Shown here piece after piece: positions 19,091 through 29,342 of a DNA stretch of 64,000 nt. Made by a program: the position numbers and the translations under genes. Within the stretch, counting starts at the first letter, position 1. The number at the start of each line of letters is the position of its first letter. The notes below the pieces were generated by a model. It made no database searches. It was given only the letters and a program-made list of their open reading frames with translations, and was not told the DNA's origin. The DNA lies in contig OZ241963.1 of assembly GCA_965204115.1 (NCBI GenBank), positions 121,475 through 185,474 on the forward strand, in the 5' to 3' direction. Source of the DNA: Minisyncoccota bacterium (GTDB lineage Bacteria > Patescibacteriota > Minisyncoccia > Phycocordibacterales > JABAAK01).

Positions 19091-19220
19091 TGAGAAAAAA
19101 ACAGAATGGAAAAAACCATGTACTGTATTTTATACTACCATACTTTTTTCCTAACAAGTAGGTATATAAGCATTTGCTGTATTGTCAAATGTGTTGCTTG
19201 ATGCCTTGCGAAAAGAAGAT

Positions 19221-19829
19221 TTAAGCAAGTGGGTTGCGGTGGGTGAGGGCATTGATGAGTGTTTCAGGGTCTGAGTATTCCACCTCGGAGCCGGAGGAGA
19301 GTCCTCGACCGAGCGTGGTAATAGTGATGTCGGGGAACCGCTGCTTGAGCAGATTGCTCAGATGGCGCGCGGTGTGATCAGCATCAGGATGAACAGCCAG
19401 TGCAATGATGATTTCTTTCGGACCGTGGGTCTCCACAGAAGTGATAAGTTGGGGGATACGAGCGGATGTTTGCTCGCTGTTTGCGATGGGGACGAGTCCG
19501 CCAAGGATGAAGTAGTAGCCCTGAATAACCGCACTGGCTGACGCGGCAAGCATGCCGGCGTCCACATCTTTTTCAACGACAATGAGGGTGTCAGTATGGC
19601 CCTGCTCACAGACCGAGCATTTTGTTGTTTGCTGTTGATGGCGGATAAAGCACTGCGGACACTGTTTGCTGGCACGGTGCAGAGCGATGATGGCTTCCGT
19701 GAGATGCTGTACATACTGTGTGTCCTGTCGACTCAGAAACCGCGCGAAGCGCTCCGCTTGCCGGAGCCCGATACCGGGAAAGCGTTTGAAGAGCATGATA
19801 AGGCGTGCTAATGTTTCTTCTTGCTGCAT
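19221..19829 (-). CDS. recR: Recombination protein RecR
   Basis: HhH N-terminus (LIMLFKRFPGIGLRQAERFARFL), C4 zinc finger (CPQCF...CSVC), Toprim domain (TLIVVEKDVD...). Start at MQQEET just after the dnaB stop. Confidence 0.85.
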   Translation of the reverse strand: MQQEETLARLIMLFKRFPGIGLRQAERFARFLSRQDTQYVQHLTEAIIALHRASKQCPQCFIRHQQQTTKCSVCEQGHTDTLIVVEKDVDAGMLAASASAVIQGYYFILGGLVPIANSEQTSARIPQLITSVETHGPKEIIIALAVHPDADHTARHLSNLLKQRFPDITITTLGRGLSSGSEVEYSDPETLINALTHRNPLA

Positions 19830-19842
19830 GGTGATGGCAATA

Positions 19843-21276
19843 TTAAAATGCGTCCGGTGCTGCCGCCGCTTCCTGATCGGCATACGCATCATTCGCCGGT
19901 TCAACAAAGGTTGCGCGCTTCCGGTCAAACTGCAATGCCACCTTGCCGGTCGGTCCGTTACGATGTTTCTCAATCATTAAATCAGTGGGGACGGGCGTGC
20001 CATCACTCTCCCCTTCATACATTTGATCTGTTCTCCGATGCAGAAACATTACCACATCGGCATCCTGCTCAATGGATCCGGAGTCGCGAAGGTCGGAGAG
20101 GCGCGGCTTGCCTTCCCGTTTTTCTACATCACGAGAAAGTTGGGAAAGGGCGAGGACGGGGATGGAGAGTTCGCGCGCGATCTGTTTCAGGGTGCGGGAT
20201 ACCTCGGTGATATGCTGCACCATAGAATCGATCCGTCGACCTTCGTGCGGATTGATGAGCTGTAAATAGTCAACAATCAGCATCTTAATGTCGTGTTCGC
20301 GTTTCATTCTGCGGGCGGTGGAGCGAATAGAGAGGACGGACATCCCGGATCGGTCGTCTATATAGATAGGGAGTGCGCGGAGACGATCTGCCGCTTCATT
20401 GAGTGCGCTGAAATCCTCCTGTGACTGTATTTTTCCGGTACGCATGCGCCACGCATCAAGACTGGATTCAGTGGCAAGGAGGCGCTCTATCAATTGTGAG
20501 GTGCTCATCTCAAGTGAGAATATCCCGACCGGTGTTTTTTGTTTGCTGGACGACCGGCGAGCAATATCAAGCGCGAGCGATGTTTTACCGACACTCGGTC
20601 GCGCGGCAAGGATGATGAGATCGGATGGGTGAAAACCGGAAAGGGCATTGTCTATTTTGTCGTAGCCGGTGGAAATACCACGGTGCTTGTCGGTGTTTTC
20701 GGAAACCATAATAATTTCCTGCACCAAGTCAGGAATGGTATCTGATACCTGCTTGTAGCGAGCATGCGTATGTGTTTGTGTGATGTCAAAGAGCGCCTGC
20801 TCCGACTCATCGATAACCTGCTCAATATCTTTCTCCCCCTCCACACTCATCTCGGCTATGCTGCTGCCGGCGGTTTGTAGGCGACGCCGGGTATATTTGT
20901 CCTGGACTATTTTTGCGTAGCTTTCGAAGTGCGCTGCTGCCGGTGACTGTTCCACGAGCTCGGCGAGATATTCCCGTCCTCCGATCATTTCCAATTTTTC
21001 AGTAGTATCAAGCTGCGTGCTGACAGTGACGGAGTCAATTGCATCGCCGCGGGAAGCGATGGTCCCCATTGCCTCAAAAATGTGCCGATTGCGAGGAGCA
21101 TAAAACGCTTCTGCCTGCACAAGCTCAGCAACATCGTGAAACTTGTCAGCATTCCACAGCAGCGCGCCAAGCAGCGACTGCTCAACAACAGTGTCGTGCG
21201 GAACCGTTTTTGCTGTCGGTGGTGCGAGAGTAGAAACGGTATCTGCTGAGTATGCCTCAGTCGCATAATCTTCCAT
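19843..21276 (-). CDS. dnaB: Replicative DNA helicase DnaB
   Basis: N-terminal DnaB domain (EQSLLGALL), Walker A ARPSVGKTSLALD, and the typical C-terminal RecA-like motifs (IIVDYLQLI, SQLSR). Confidence 0.9.
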   Translation of the reverse strand: MEDYATEAYSADTVSTLAPPTAKTVPHDTVVEQSLLGALLWNADKFHDVAELVQAEAFYAPRNRHIFEAMGTIASRGDAIDSVTVSTQLDTTEKLEMIGGREYLAELVEQSPAAAHFESYAKIVQDKYTRRRLQTAGSSIAEMSVEGEKDIEQVIDESEQALFDITQTHTHARYKQVSDTIPDLVQEIIMVSENTDKHRGISTGYDKIDNALSGFHPSDLIILAARPSVGKTSLALDIARRSSSKQKTPVGIFSLEMSTSQLIERLLATESSLDAWRMRTGKIQSQEDFSALNEAADRLRALPIYIDDRSGMSVLSIRSTARRMKREHDIKMLIVDYLQLINPHEGRRIDSMVQHITEVSRTLKQIARELSIPVLALSQLSRDVEKREGKPRLSDLRDSGSIEQDADVVMFLHRRTDQMYEGESDGTPVPTDLMIEKHRNGPTGKVALQFDRKRATFVEPANDAYADQEAAAAPDAF

Positions 21277-21423
21277 ACACTAACAGTTTACTTTGCCAAA
21301 AGATGCCGCTGTGATGGGTTGTGTATTGTATTTCTGTATAACTTCTGCACTCCTTAAAAATAATCAATAAAAGTATCTGCGTTTTTTGTGTAAAGATGCC
21401 CTGCTATTTTTATTTTCAGGTTT

Positions 21424-21762
21424 TTGCGGTATTATAAAGATATTATGCGCAACACTACGGATACTCATACCGCCTCTACAGAGGATGATGCTGCGCGCGG
21501 TGTGCAGCGAGCGATCAGCTTGGCGCTGCTGGAGAAGGATGCGGAGGCGCAAGATCGGCTGGAGGGGGAGGTTGAGAAGATTTTAGCGTTTGTCGGCGAG
21601 GTGCAGTCGGTGGTGACTGACAGCGTGGCACAGGATGACGGAAAGGTAAATGTGTTTCGGGATGATGTGGTGACCGTGGAGGCAGGGGAGTATCGGGAGG
21701 ACATGCTGGCGCAGGCGCCGGCATCGTTTAAGCAATGGTTTCTTTCTAAAAAGATTTTATAA
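21424..21762 (+). CDS. gatC: Glu-tRNA(Gln)/Asp-tRNA(Asn) amidotransferase subunit C
   Basis: ~100-aa acidic protein directly preceding and overlapping gatA. The GatC-like core is ...ILAFV.EV..V...... Confidence 0.6.
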   Translation: MRYYKDIMRNTTDTHTASTEDDAARGVQRAISLALLEKDAEAQDRLEGEVEKILAFVGEVQSVVTDSVAQDDGKVNVFRDDVVTVEAGEYREDMLAQAPASFKQWFLSKKIL

Positions 21763-23162
21763 TGCGGTATGAAGAAGCAACAGTACAGGACATGCGTGAG
21801 CTGCTGGCGAAAGGCGATTCGTCGGCTGCCGGATTGCTGACTGAGGCCAAGCGAGTGATAGCGGAACGGGACGGTGAGGTGAAGGCGTTTGTGGAGGTGT
21901 TTGATTCGGCGGATGAGGACGCGAAACGGGCGGATACAATGCTGCGCGAAGGGCGGGCGATGCCGCTGACCGGCATTCCTATTGCTATTAAAGATAACCT
22001 CTGTATACAGGGTAGGACGGTCACTGCAGCATCAAAGATGTTAGAGGGATTTGTCGCGCCGTATGATGCAACAGTCATTTCACATCTACGAGGGCAGGGG
22101 GCAGTGCTTGTAGGACGGACAAATCTTGATGAATTCGCGATGGGGTCAAGCACAGAGCGATCAGTGTACGGGACAACCTTCAATCCGCACGATACGGAGC
22201 GAGTGTCCGGCGGATCGAGCGGCGGATCAGCGGCAGCGGTTGCGATGGGAGCAGTGCCGCTTGCGCTTGGCTCGGATACCGGCGGTTCTATTCGGCAGCC
22301 GGCGAGTTTTTGCGGAGTGGTGGGACTGAAGCCGACCTATGGAACGGTTTCACGGCACGGCTTAATCGCACTTGGGTCATCACTTGATGTGGTGGGTCCG
22401 CTCGCGCGGACAGTTGCTGATGCGGAGGCGCTCTTTGAAGCGTTGCGGGGTGAGGAGGTGCCGTATGACAGCACCGTCGGCTTGTTTGCTGAGTCGGGGC
22501 GAGGGAACACCGCGGAACAGGTGATCGGGGTGCCGGATAATTTGCAATCAATCGGGGTATCGCAAGAAACCTTGAACGCCTTTAACACGACGCTTGAGCA
22601 CTTGCGCGAGCGCGGGTACACGGTACGGGAGGTGTCGTTGCCGATTATGGAAAAAGCGGGGGCGATTTACTATATTATTCAACCGGCTGAGGCATCTTCT
22701 AACCTTGCGCGGTTTGATGGAGTGCGCTATGGGTATCATCAAGACGGAGCGGATATTTGGGGTGATTACCTCAAGACACGGAGCAGTGGGTTTGGTGAAG
22801 AGGTTTCCCGACGGATTGTGGTTGGTTCGTATGTGCTCTCAGCGGGGTACTATGATGCGTATTATAAAAAAGCAGTGGCGGCACGCGCTGCTATGCGAGA
22901 GTCATTTCTTAAGGTGCTGCAGGAAGTTTCGGTGCTGGCAATGCCGACAACCCCTGATACTGCATTCAAGGAAGGAGCTATTCAGGACCCGATTGCGATG
23001 TATGCGGAAGATCGCCTGACTTTACAGGCAAACCTCACCGGGCTGCCGGCAATATCAGTGCCGATGACGGTTGACGGGCTGCCGCGCGGCGTACAGTTTA
23101 TCGGTGATCATAATAGTGAAGCGATGCTGTTCGCATGTGCGAAAGATGTTGCTGTGGTATAA
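21762..23162 (+). CDS. gatA: Glu-tRNA(Gln) amidotransferase subunit A (amidase family)
   Basis: Amidase signature GGSSGGSAAAVA plus the conserved TDTGGSIRQPA motif. 466 aa. Confidence 0.9.
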   Translation: MRYEEATVQDMRELLAKGDSSAAGLLTEAKRVIAERDGEVKAFVEVFDSADEDAKRADTMLREGRAMPLTGIPIAIKDNLCIQGRTVTAASKMLEGFVAPYDATVISHLRGQGAVLVGRTNLDEFAMGSSTERSVYGTTFNPHDTERVSGGSSGGSAAAVAMGAVPLALGSDTGGSIRQPASFCGVVGLKPTYGTVSRHGLIALGSSLDVVGPLARTVADAEALFEALRGEEVPYDSTVGLFAESGRGNTAEQVIGVPDNLQSIGVSQETLNAFNTTLEHLRERGYTVREVSLPIMEKAGAIYYIIQPAEASSNLARFDGVRYGYHQDGADIWGDYLKTRSSGFGEEVSRRIVVGSYVLSAGYYDAYYKKAVAARAAMRESFLKVLQEVSVLAMPTTPDTAFKEGAIQDPIAMYAEDRLTLQANLTGLPAISVPMTVDGLPRGVQFIGDHNSEAMLFACAKDVAVV

Positions 23163-23204
23163 AAAGTAATCGGAGCACGCAAGTGCTCCGATAAGTTTGG
23201 TGGC

Positions 23205-23963
23205 TTAAAATAGGTATGAAAGGGCAAGATCCCACCAAATCTGGTGCTCCTCTCGCCGGATATCCTGGAAAAAATTGAATCCAAAATCTATTTCCAGCGG
23301 GGAACTCTTGGACTGTAACTGCAGGGCAACACGAGTTCGCATTATCGTCTCTTGCTCACGATTTATATTGAACAAGGATGTCGCGAATGAAGTGTTGGTA
23401 TGAAGCCCTCCGCCCCACGCAGCGTCGTTGTACACCGGCGTGTGTGTCTTAAACCCGAACCCGCCCATGCCAACCATCTTTTCAACGGGGACATACGCAG
23501 GCACAATCAGCCCACTGAAGAGATACGGCTTCTGTGCACTATTCGCCAGCTCTGCCTTCAAAAGCGTCTCGTACATATCATCCTGAAAGAAGTCAGTGGC
23601 GCCTTGGGCGGTGTGCATATAGCTTTGCCGCGCGCTAAGATATGCGATACCAACTTTTTGCCCGATTCCAATAGAAAAACCCGTGTGTCCTGTTAGGTCG
23701 CCCTCTCCATCCTGCGAACGCGTCTGCATGCTGCTTAAAGCAGCACTAAGGTCAGTAGCGCCGGTCGAATGTAGTGACAATTTTCCGCCAAAAGCAGGGC
23801 CACTCAGGAAGTGCGGAAGTATGGACCCACCGACATTCGCATCGCTGTAGAGCAGGTCGGCCCGCACATTAGTGCTGTTTACATTGATACTATCTGCATA
23901 CGCCAGTGGCAATAGACACTGGAGGAGTAAAGCAAACAGTATTGAGAAAAACTTTTTGGACAT
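23205..23963 (-). CDS. Secreted beta-rich protein, possible outer-membrane beta-barrel (C-terminal ...ALSYLF)
   Basis: N-terminal signal peptide MSKKFFSILFALLLQCLLPLAYA, alternating hydrophobic pattern, terminal aromatic Phe. Confidence 0.5.
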   Translation of the reverse strand: MSKKFFSILFALLLQCLLPLAYADSINVNSTNVRADLLYSDANVGGSILPHFLSGPAFGGKLSLHSTGATDLSAALSSMQTRSQDGEGDLTGHTGFSIGIGQKVGIAYLSARQSYMHTAQGATDFFQDDMYETLLKAELANSAQKPYLFSGLIVPAYVPVEKMVGMGGFGFKTHTPVYNDAAWGGGLHTNTSFATSLFNINREQETIMRTRVALQLQSKSSPLEIDFGFNFFQDIRREEHQIWWDLALSYLF

Positions 23964-24205
23964 TTGGAAACCTCCAAATTTGTTTACTTAAAGAATTTGG
24001 TTCAGTGTCAGAGATAAATTTCTGACGCTATCATCAACTATAGCATAAATGTAACCACAAAGCAAATGGTTTTCTTTTTTTCTCCGCTGCTTTTCCAAAA
24101 AAATATTGACTCTTTGAAAGTGGTTTTGTGATGCGTTGCACCTATGACACAAACTTTTTCTTTGTCAACCGACTCACCTGACCATATGTTTGCTACACTG
24201 TAGTT

Positions 24206-25627
24206 ATGTCAACTTACACGCCGACTATCGGGCTTGAAATACATGCAGAGCTGCTCACTGAGAGCAAGTTGTTTTGCGGGTGTCGGAATGATCCGAATAG
24301 TGATGATCCGAATGTCTATGCATGCCCGGTGTGTGTGGGGTATCCGGGAGCCCTGCCATATATGAATAAAAAAGCAGTTGAGCATGTTTTGCGAATCGGT
24401 GTCGCGCTTGGCGGAGAGTTGGCATCGTTTACAGAGTTTGATCGTAAGCATTACTTCTACCCCGACATCCCGAAAGGGTATCAAATCAGCCAGTACGCAT
24501 TTCCGCTGGTGAAAAATGCTGTGTTGGCAGGAGTTGGTATTGAGCGAATACATTTAGAAGAAGACACTGCGAAGAGCGCGCATGATGTGTGTTCCACAGG
24601 ATCGGTAATTGATTTTAACCGTTCAGGTGTGCCGCTGATGGAGCTGGTTACCGAGCCGGTGATACATACTGCCGAAGATGCGTGCCAATTCGGTGATATG
24701 CTGCAGCAGACGCTTCGGTATCTCGGTGTGGCGCGTGCGCGGATGGAGTGGGGAGAGATGCGCGTTGAGGCAAACATCTCGGTGAGCAAGACTGACACCT
24801 TGGGAACAAAAGTTGAGGTAAAAAATCTTAACTCTTTTAAGGCGGTGACCGGCGCAATTGCTTATGAAATAGAGCGGCAGACGGCGTTCTTGGAAAAAGG
24901 GGAGCGGATTGCGCAGGAAACCCGCGGATGGAACGAGAACACCGGCAAAACTTTTTCGCAGCGCTCAAAAGAAACCTCAGCGGAGTATCGGTATATGCCG
25001 GAGCCGGATTTGCCGAAGTTTCATATTGACCGAATACCGGAATGGAGTGCGGATTCGCTCCGATTGACACTCCCTGAATTGCCGGAGCAAAAGATGAAAC
25101 GATACCGCGAGGAATTACGCCTTGACGAAAAAAAGACAGCCGTATTGATAAAAAATAAACAGCTGGGAGATATTTTTGACGCTGTTATTGTTCAGCTTGA
25201 CCACCCGGACACTGTTCGCCTTACCGCAAACTACCTCACCTCAGATGTTATGCAGTACCTTGAAGAGGGTAACGACACGCTGTTTGAGCGGATAACCGCT
25301 GAGGTGATCGCTGAGGTAGTGCAGATGCTCACTACCGGTGAACTCTCCTCCCGTGGCGCGAAAGACATTATTGCAGTGCTCGTTAAGGAAGGCGGTTCAC
25401 CGCGGAAAATCGCTGAACGGGAAGGGCTCTTTCAGCAATCAGACGAAGGCGCGCTTCAGGAAATCATCACGCAAGTAATCGCGGATAATGAATCGGTGGC
25501 TGCGGAATACAAAGCAGGCAAAGAACAATCCTTAAAATTCCTTATCGGGCAGGTGATGAAAGCGACTAAGGGGGCAGCAAACCCTGCTAAGGCACAGGAG
25601 TTGCTCAAAGAGATGCTGTTGGGATAA
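24206..25627 (+). CDS. gatB: Asp-tRNA(Asn)/Glu-tRNA(Gln) amidotransferase subunit B
   Basis: GLEIHAEL, CPVCVGYPGALP zinc motif, RKHYFYPD, and a C-terminal YqeY-like domain. 473 aa. Confidence 0.9.
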   Translation: MSTYTPTIGLEIHAELLTESKLFCGCRNDPNSDDPNVYACPVCVGYPGALPYMNKKAVEHVLRIGVALGGELASFTEFDRKHYFYPDIPKGYQISQYAFPLVKNAVLAGVGIERIHLEEDTAKSAHDVCSTGSVIDFNRSGVPLMELVTEPVIHTAEDACQFGDMLQQTLRYLGVARARMEWGEMRVEANISVSKTDTLGTKVEVKNLNSFKAVTGAIAYEIERQTAFLEKGERIAQETRGWNENTGKTFSQRSKETSAEYRYMPEPDLPKFHIDRIPEWSADSLRLTLPELPEQKMKRYREELRLDEKKTAVLIKNKQLGDIFDAVIVQLDHPDTVRLTANYLTSDVMQYLEEGNDTLFERITAEVIAEVVQMLTTGELSSRGAKDIIAVLVKEGGSPRKIAEREGLFQQSDEGALQEIITQVIADNESVAAEYKAGKEQSLKFLIGQVMKATKGAANPAKAQELLKEMLLG

Positions 25628-25671
25628 CAGGAATCGGGCGGATCTTATTTTGATGCTGTACCATACAGATA

Positions 25672-26547
25672 ATGCAGGGTGTTGTTATGCAGTTGATAGT
25701 CAATAGTGTTGTTGCGGGGGCACTGTATGCGGTTATTGCGATTGGATTTACTTTGTCGTATGGTGTGGGGAAGTTTTTTAATCTGACACACGGGGTGATG
25801 ACGGCGGTCGGGGCCTATGCGGTATTCTACCTGACTAAAGGATTGCAGATGGATGTGTGGATTGCCATCGTGATTGCCGTTGTGTTTACCGGAGCGGTCG
25901 GGTGGCTGCTGGAGCGATTCGTGTACGCGCCGTTGCGGGCGCGGAAGGCATCTGCTTTAGTGCTGTTGGTGGCATCGCTCGGAGCATTCACTGCGCTGCA
26001 GGGTGTTCTATCTATTCTTTTTTCCTCTCAGATTCAAACGCTAACCCAAGGGAGTGCCGTGCAGCAAGTATTTATGCTCGGTGGAGCGGCGATAACAGAG
26101 ATACAGATTATCACCGTTATCGTAGCAATGGCAGTGTTACTTGGATTTGTGGTGTTGCTGCGGTATACGCTGTTCGGAAAAGCAGTGCGAGCAGTGAGCG
26201 ATGATGAAGAGGTATCAAAAATTGTCGGTATTAATACTGCCCGAGTGATTGGTGTGGTATTTTTTCTCGCCTCAGCGGTCGCCGGATTGGCCGGAATACT
26301 GGTCGGCTTTGATACTGCGATAGAGCCGACGATGGGGATGACACTGCTGCTGAAAGGAGTCATCGCCGCTATTGTCGGAGGTATCGGGAATATCTATGGA
26401 GCGGCACTCGGAGCATTTTTACTCGGTTTTGTGGAAAATTTCGGTATCTGGAAAATATCAGGTGAGTGGAAGGACGCTATTGCGTTTGCGTTGCTGATTG
26501 TCTTTTTACTGTTTCGCCCACGCGGAATACTCCCGGTAAAATCATAA
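25672..26547 (+). CDS. livH: Branched-chain amino acid ABC transporter permease (LivH type)
   Basis: Polytopic permease with N-terminus LIVNSVVAGALYAVIAIGFTLSYG, typical of LivH. Confidence 0.8.
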   Translation: MQGVVMQLIVNSVVAGALYAVIAIGFTLSYGVGKFFNLTHGVMTAVGAYAVFYLTKGLQMDVWIAIVIAVVFTGAVGWLLERFVYAPLRARKASALVLLVASLGAFTALQGVLSILFSSQIQTLTQGSAVQQVFMLGGAAITEIQIITVIVAMAVLLGFVVLLRYTLFGKAVRAVSDDEEVSKIVGINTARVIGVVFFLASAVAGLAGILVGFDTAIEPTMGMTLLLKGVIAAIVGGIGNIYGAALGAFLLGFVENFGIWKISGEWKDAIAFALLIVFLLFRPRGILPVKS

Positions 26548-26548
26548 C

Positions 26549-27427
26549 ATGCAGGAATTTATTTACTACTTCACCCACCTTGCGATTATCATATCCATCT
26601 ACGCCATCCTGGCATTGGGGCTGAATTTGGTGGTCGGCTATACCGGTCTGCTCTCAGTGATGCATGCGGGGTTTTACGGTATCGGAGCGTATGCTGTCGC
26701 GTTACTGATGACACAGTTTGGTTTTAATTTTTTTATTGCGATTGCCGTGAGCGTACTGGCTGCCGCGGTGATAAGTTTTCTTATCGGCTTAGTGCTGAGT
26801 AAATTTGACGGGGACTATTACGCACTCGGTTCGCTCGGGTTCGGGGTGATTGTGTACTCAATCTTTCTGAGCTGGAAAGAGCTCACGCGCGGGGCGTTAG
26901 GCATACCGCAGATACCGAAGCCGGAATTGTTCGGCTTTGTGTTCTCATCGACTACCGTTTTTCTTATCCTTATGCTGGCGGTGTTGGCAGGAATATACCT
27001 GCTCTCTCGTTTCGTGACACGCTCGTCGTTCGGACGGGTGCTGACGGCTATTCGTGAGGACGAGCAGGCAATTCAGGTATTCGGGTATCACACACTGTAT
27101 TTTAAACTGACGGTGTTTGTTATCGGGGCAGCAATCGCGGCAGTTGCCGGCTCATTATTCGCCTCGTATGTTACCTACATTAATCCGTCATCCTTTACCG
27201 CATTAGAGTCGATCTATCTTCTCTCAATCATTATTTTAGGCGGGCTGGCGAGCTTGCGCGGTTCAATACTCGGCGCGGTATTCTTAGTGCTGCTGTTTGA
27301 GGGGTTGCGGCACATCGGTCTCTCCACCGTAATGGCGGCACACATACGAGAAGTGCTGTACGGACTTATACTCATCGTGCTGATGCTGCACCGCCCGCAA
27401 GGACTTGCCGGAAAATACAAACTATGA
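26549..27427 (+). CDS. livM: Branched-chain amino acid ABC transporter permease (LivM type)
   Basis: Polytopic permease with GLNLVVGYTGLLSVMHAGFYGIGAY. Confidence 0.8.
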   Translation: MQEFIYYFTHLAIIISIYAILALGLNLVVGYTGLLSVMHAGFYGIGAYAVALLMTQFGFNFFIAIAVSVLAAAVISFLIGLVLSKFDGDYYALGSLGFGVIVYSIFLSWKELTRGALGIPQIPKPELFGFVFSSTTVFLILMLAVLAGIYLLSRFVTRSSFGRVLTAIREDEQAIQVFGYHTLYFKLTVFVIGAAIAAVAGSLFASYVTYINPSSFTALESIYLLSIIILGGLASLRGSILGAVFLVLLFEGLRHIGLSTVMAAHIREVLYGLILIVLMLHRPQGLAGKYKL

Positions 27428-28158
27428 GTATCATAACGACAAAAAATATTGTAAAGCGGTTTGAAGGCGTGCGTGCGCTGGATGATTTATCTCTGGAGAT
27501 TGCGCGAGGTGTGGTAACCGGCATTGTCGGACCGAACGGCTCAGGAAAAACAACCTTGATCAATGTGCTGAGCGGTATGCTGCGCACGGATGAGGGAATA
27601 CTTCATGTTGGTGATGAGGTGGTTCAGGCGATGAAGCCGCATCGGGTGAGTACATACGGGATAACCCGCACCTTCCAAGAGGTACGACTGTTCGAACAGA
27701 TGACCGTGCTGGACAATGTTCTTGTCGTGCTGACCGAGCGATCGGTGATCCCCTCGCTATTTCGGCGACGGCAGGAGCAGTGCGATGTTGCGGCGCGGCA
27801 GGTATTGGAGACGGTCGGCTTGTGGGAAAAACAAGATGTGTTGGCATCAGCACTTTCCTATGGACAGCGGAAACTGCTGGAAATCGCGCGGGTGTTGGCA
27901 ATGCCGAAGATGGCGGTATATCTTTTTGACGAACCATTTGCCGGATTGTTTCCGGCGATGGTTGACACCGTAGTTGGCGTTATGCAGGATTTGAAACAGC
28001 AGGGGAAGAGTGTGGTATTGATTGAGCATAGCATGGAGCTTATTCGCCGCTTGTGTGATACCGTGATCGTGATGGATGAAGGGAAACTGCTTGCGCAGGG
28101 CACGCCCGAGGCGGTATTCGCGCGTCCGGAGGTTGTCGCGGTATACTTAGGAAAATAG
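27424..28158 (+). CDS. livG: ABC transporter ATP-binding protein (LivG type)
   Basis: Walker A GPNGSGKTT, signature LSYGQRKLLEIAR, Walker B VYLFDEP. Overlaps the livM stop. Confidence 0.85.
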   Translation: MSIITTKNIVKRFEGVRALDDLSLEIARGVVTGIVGPNGSGKTTLINVLSGMLRTDEGILHVGDEVVQAMKPHRVSTYGITRTFQEVRLFEQMTVLDNVLVVLTERSVIPSLFRRRQEQCDVAARQVLETVGLWEKQDVLASALSYGQRKLLEIARVLAMPKMAVYLFDEPFAGLFPAMVDTVVGVMQDLKQQGKSVVLIEHSMELIRRLCDTVIVMDEGKLLAQGTPEAVFARPEVVAVYLGK

Positions 28159-28159
28159 T

Positions 28160-28882
28160 ATGGATACAGAAACACTATTACAAATACGCGATGGTAAGGT
28201 TCGGTACGGTGAGCTGACCGTGCTTGACGGTGTGTCGCTAACGCTTGATGAAGGGGAGATTGTCGCGCTGATGGGGCCGAACGGAGCAGGGAAGTCAACT
28301 ATCCTGAAAGCGATTTTTGGATTGGCACCGCTCTCCGGCGGACGAATACTCTGGAACAATCATTCCTTCACGCCGGTGGCGCATCAGGTAGTCCGGCGCG
28401 GTATTTCCTTTGTCCCGCAGGGACGACGGGTGTTTTCTGGACTCTCCGTGGAGGAAAATTTGGAAATTGGTGGTGCGATTATCAAAGATAAAGAAAGATT
28501 GAAACAAGCCACTGAAGAAGTGATGCGAATGTTCCCGATACTCCGGCAAAAGCGCAAAGCACCCTCCGGCACTCTCTCCGGCGGACAGCAGCAAATGCTT
28601 GCTCTTGCCCGCGGTCTGATGACCGATCCAAAGGTGCTCCTCCTGGATGAGCCATCACTCGGCTTGGCGCCGAAAGTTGTCAAAGAAATTTTTGCAAAAA
28701 TGCGTGAAATCAACCAAAACCGCAAAACCGCCATTCTTGTTGTTGAGCACAACATCACTTCACTGCTCCAAATCGCTCATCGTGCCTATGTCCTGGACAA
28801 AGGAAAAATTGTCGTCACCGACACCGCAAAAAACCTGCAAGGAAGTGATGTACTGGAGAAAGTATTCCTCGGCACGCTATAG
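28160..28882 (+). CDS. livF: ABC transporter ATP-binding protein (LivF type)
   Basis: Walker A GPNGAGKST, signature LSGGQQQMLALAR, Walker B LLLDEP. Confidence 0.85.
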   Translation: MDTETLLQIRDGKVRYGELTVLDGVSLTLDEGEIVALMGPNGAGKSTILKAIFGLAPLSGGRILWNNHSFTPVAHQVVRRGISFVPQGRRVFSGLSVEENLEIGGAIIKDKERLKQATEEVMRMFPILRQKRKAPSGTLSGGQQQMLALARGLMTDPKVLLLDEPSLGLAPKVVKEIFAKMREINQNRKTAILVVEHNITSLLQIAHRAYVLDKGKIVVTDTAKNLQGSDVLEKVFLGTL

Positions 28883-28951
28883 CTTAGATATTGGTCTCTT
28901 GCTGAAACATGATTTTGTCATTCTTATATATGGTGGTATACTTGTAATACT

Positions 28952-29326
28952 ATGAGAAAAAAGGAGAATACTTTGCACAGTGGTGTTTTGCGCTGCCTTG
29001 TGTATCAGATTTCAGACGATGCGGAGGTGTACTATGCGACGGCACTTGAGCTTAATCTGACCGTGAGTGCGGAAAGTGATGACTTGGCATTGCTGGAGTT
29101 GCGTGAGCAGATTAAGGCATATATTGCGACTGCCCGTGAGGAAAATGCACCGGAATTGTTAAATCAAAATGCTGATGCAGACCTTGAGAAGGCATGGGTG
29201 AACATGATACGCAATGAAGAGCAGGAAGAGGAAAGTGTTGAGACACTGCAATTAAAGCCACTCTTCGCAGCAATATCGCCGATTGCTGCCGAAAGAGAAG
29301 TGGAAGCAATAGGTGTGCCGTTTTGA
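28952..29326 (+). CDS. Hypothetical acidic protein (possibly HicB/UPF0150-like alpha/beta fold)
   Basis: 124 aa, no TM segment. The pattern L.C.V.Q..DDAEVYYA.ALELNL.V.AES.D is reminiscent of HicB-type antitoxin folds. No HicA partner is present. Confidence 0.35.
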   Translation: MRKKENTLHSGVLRCLVYQISDDAEVYYATALELNLTVSAESDDLALLELREQIKAYIATAREENAPELLNQNADADLEKAWVNMIRNEEQEEESVETLQLKPLFAAISPIAAEREVEAIGVPF

Positions 29327-29342
29327 GCGGTATACTGGTGAT

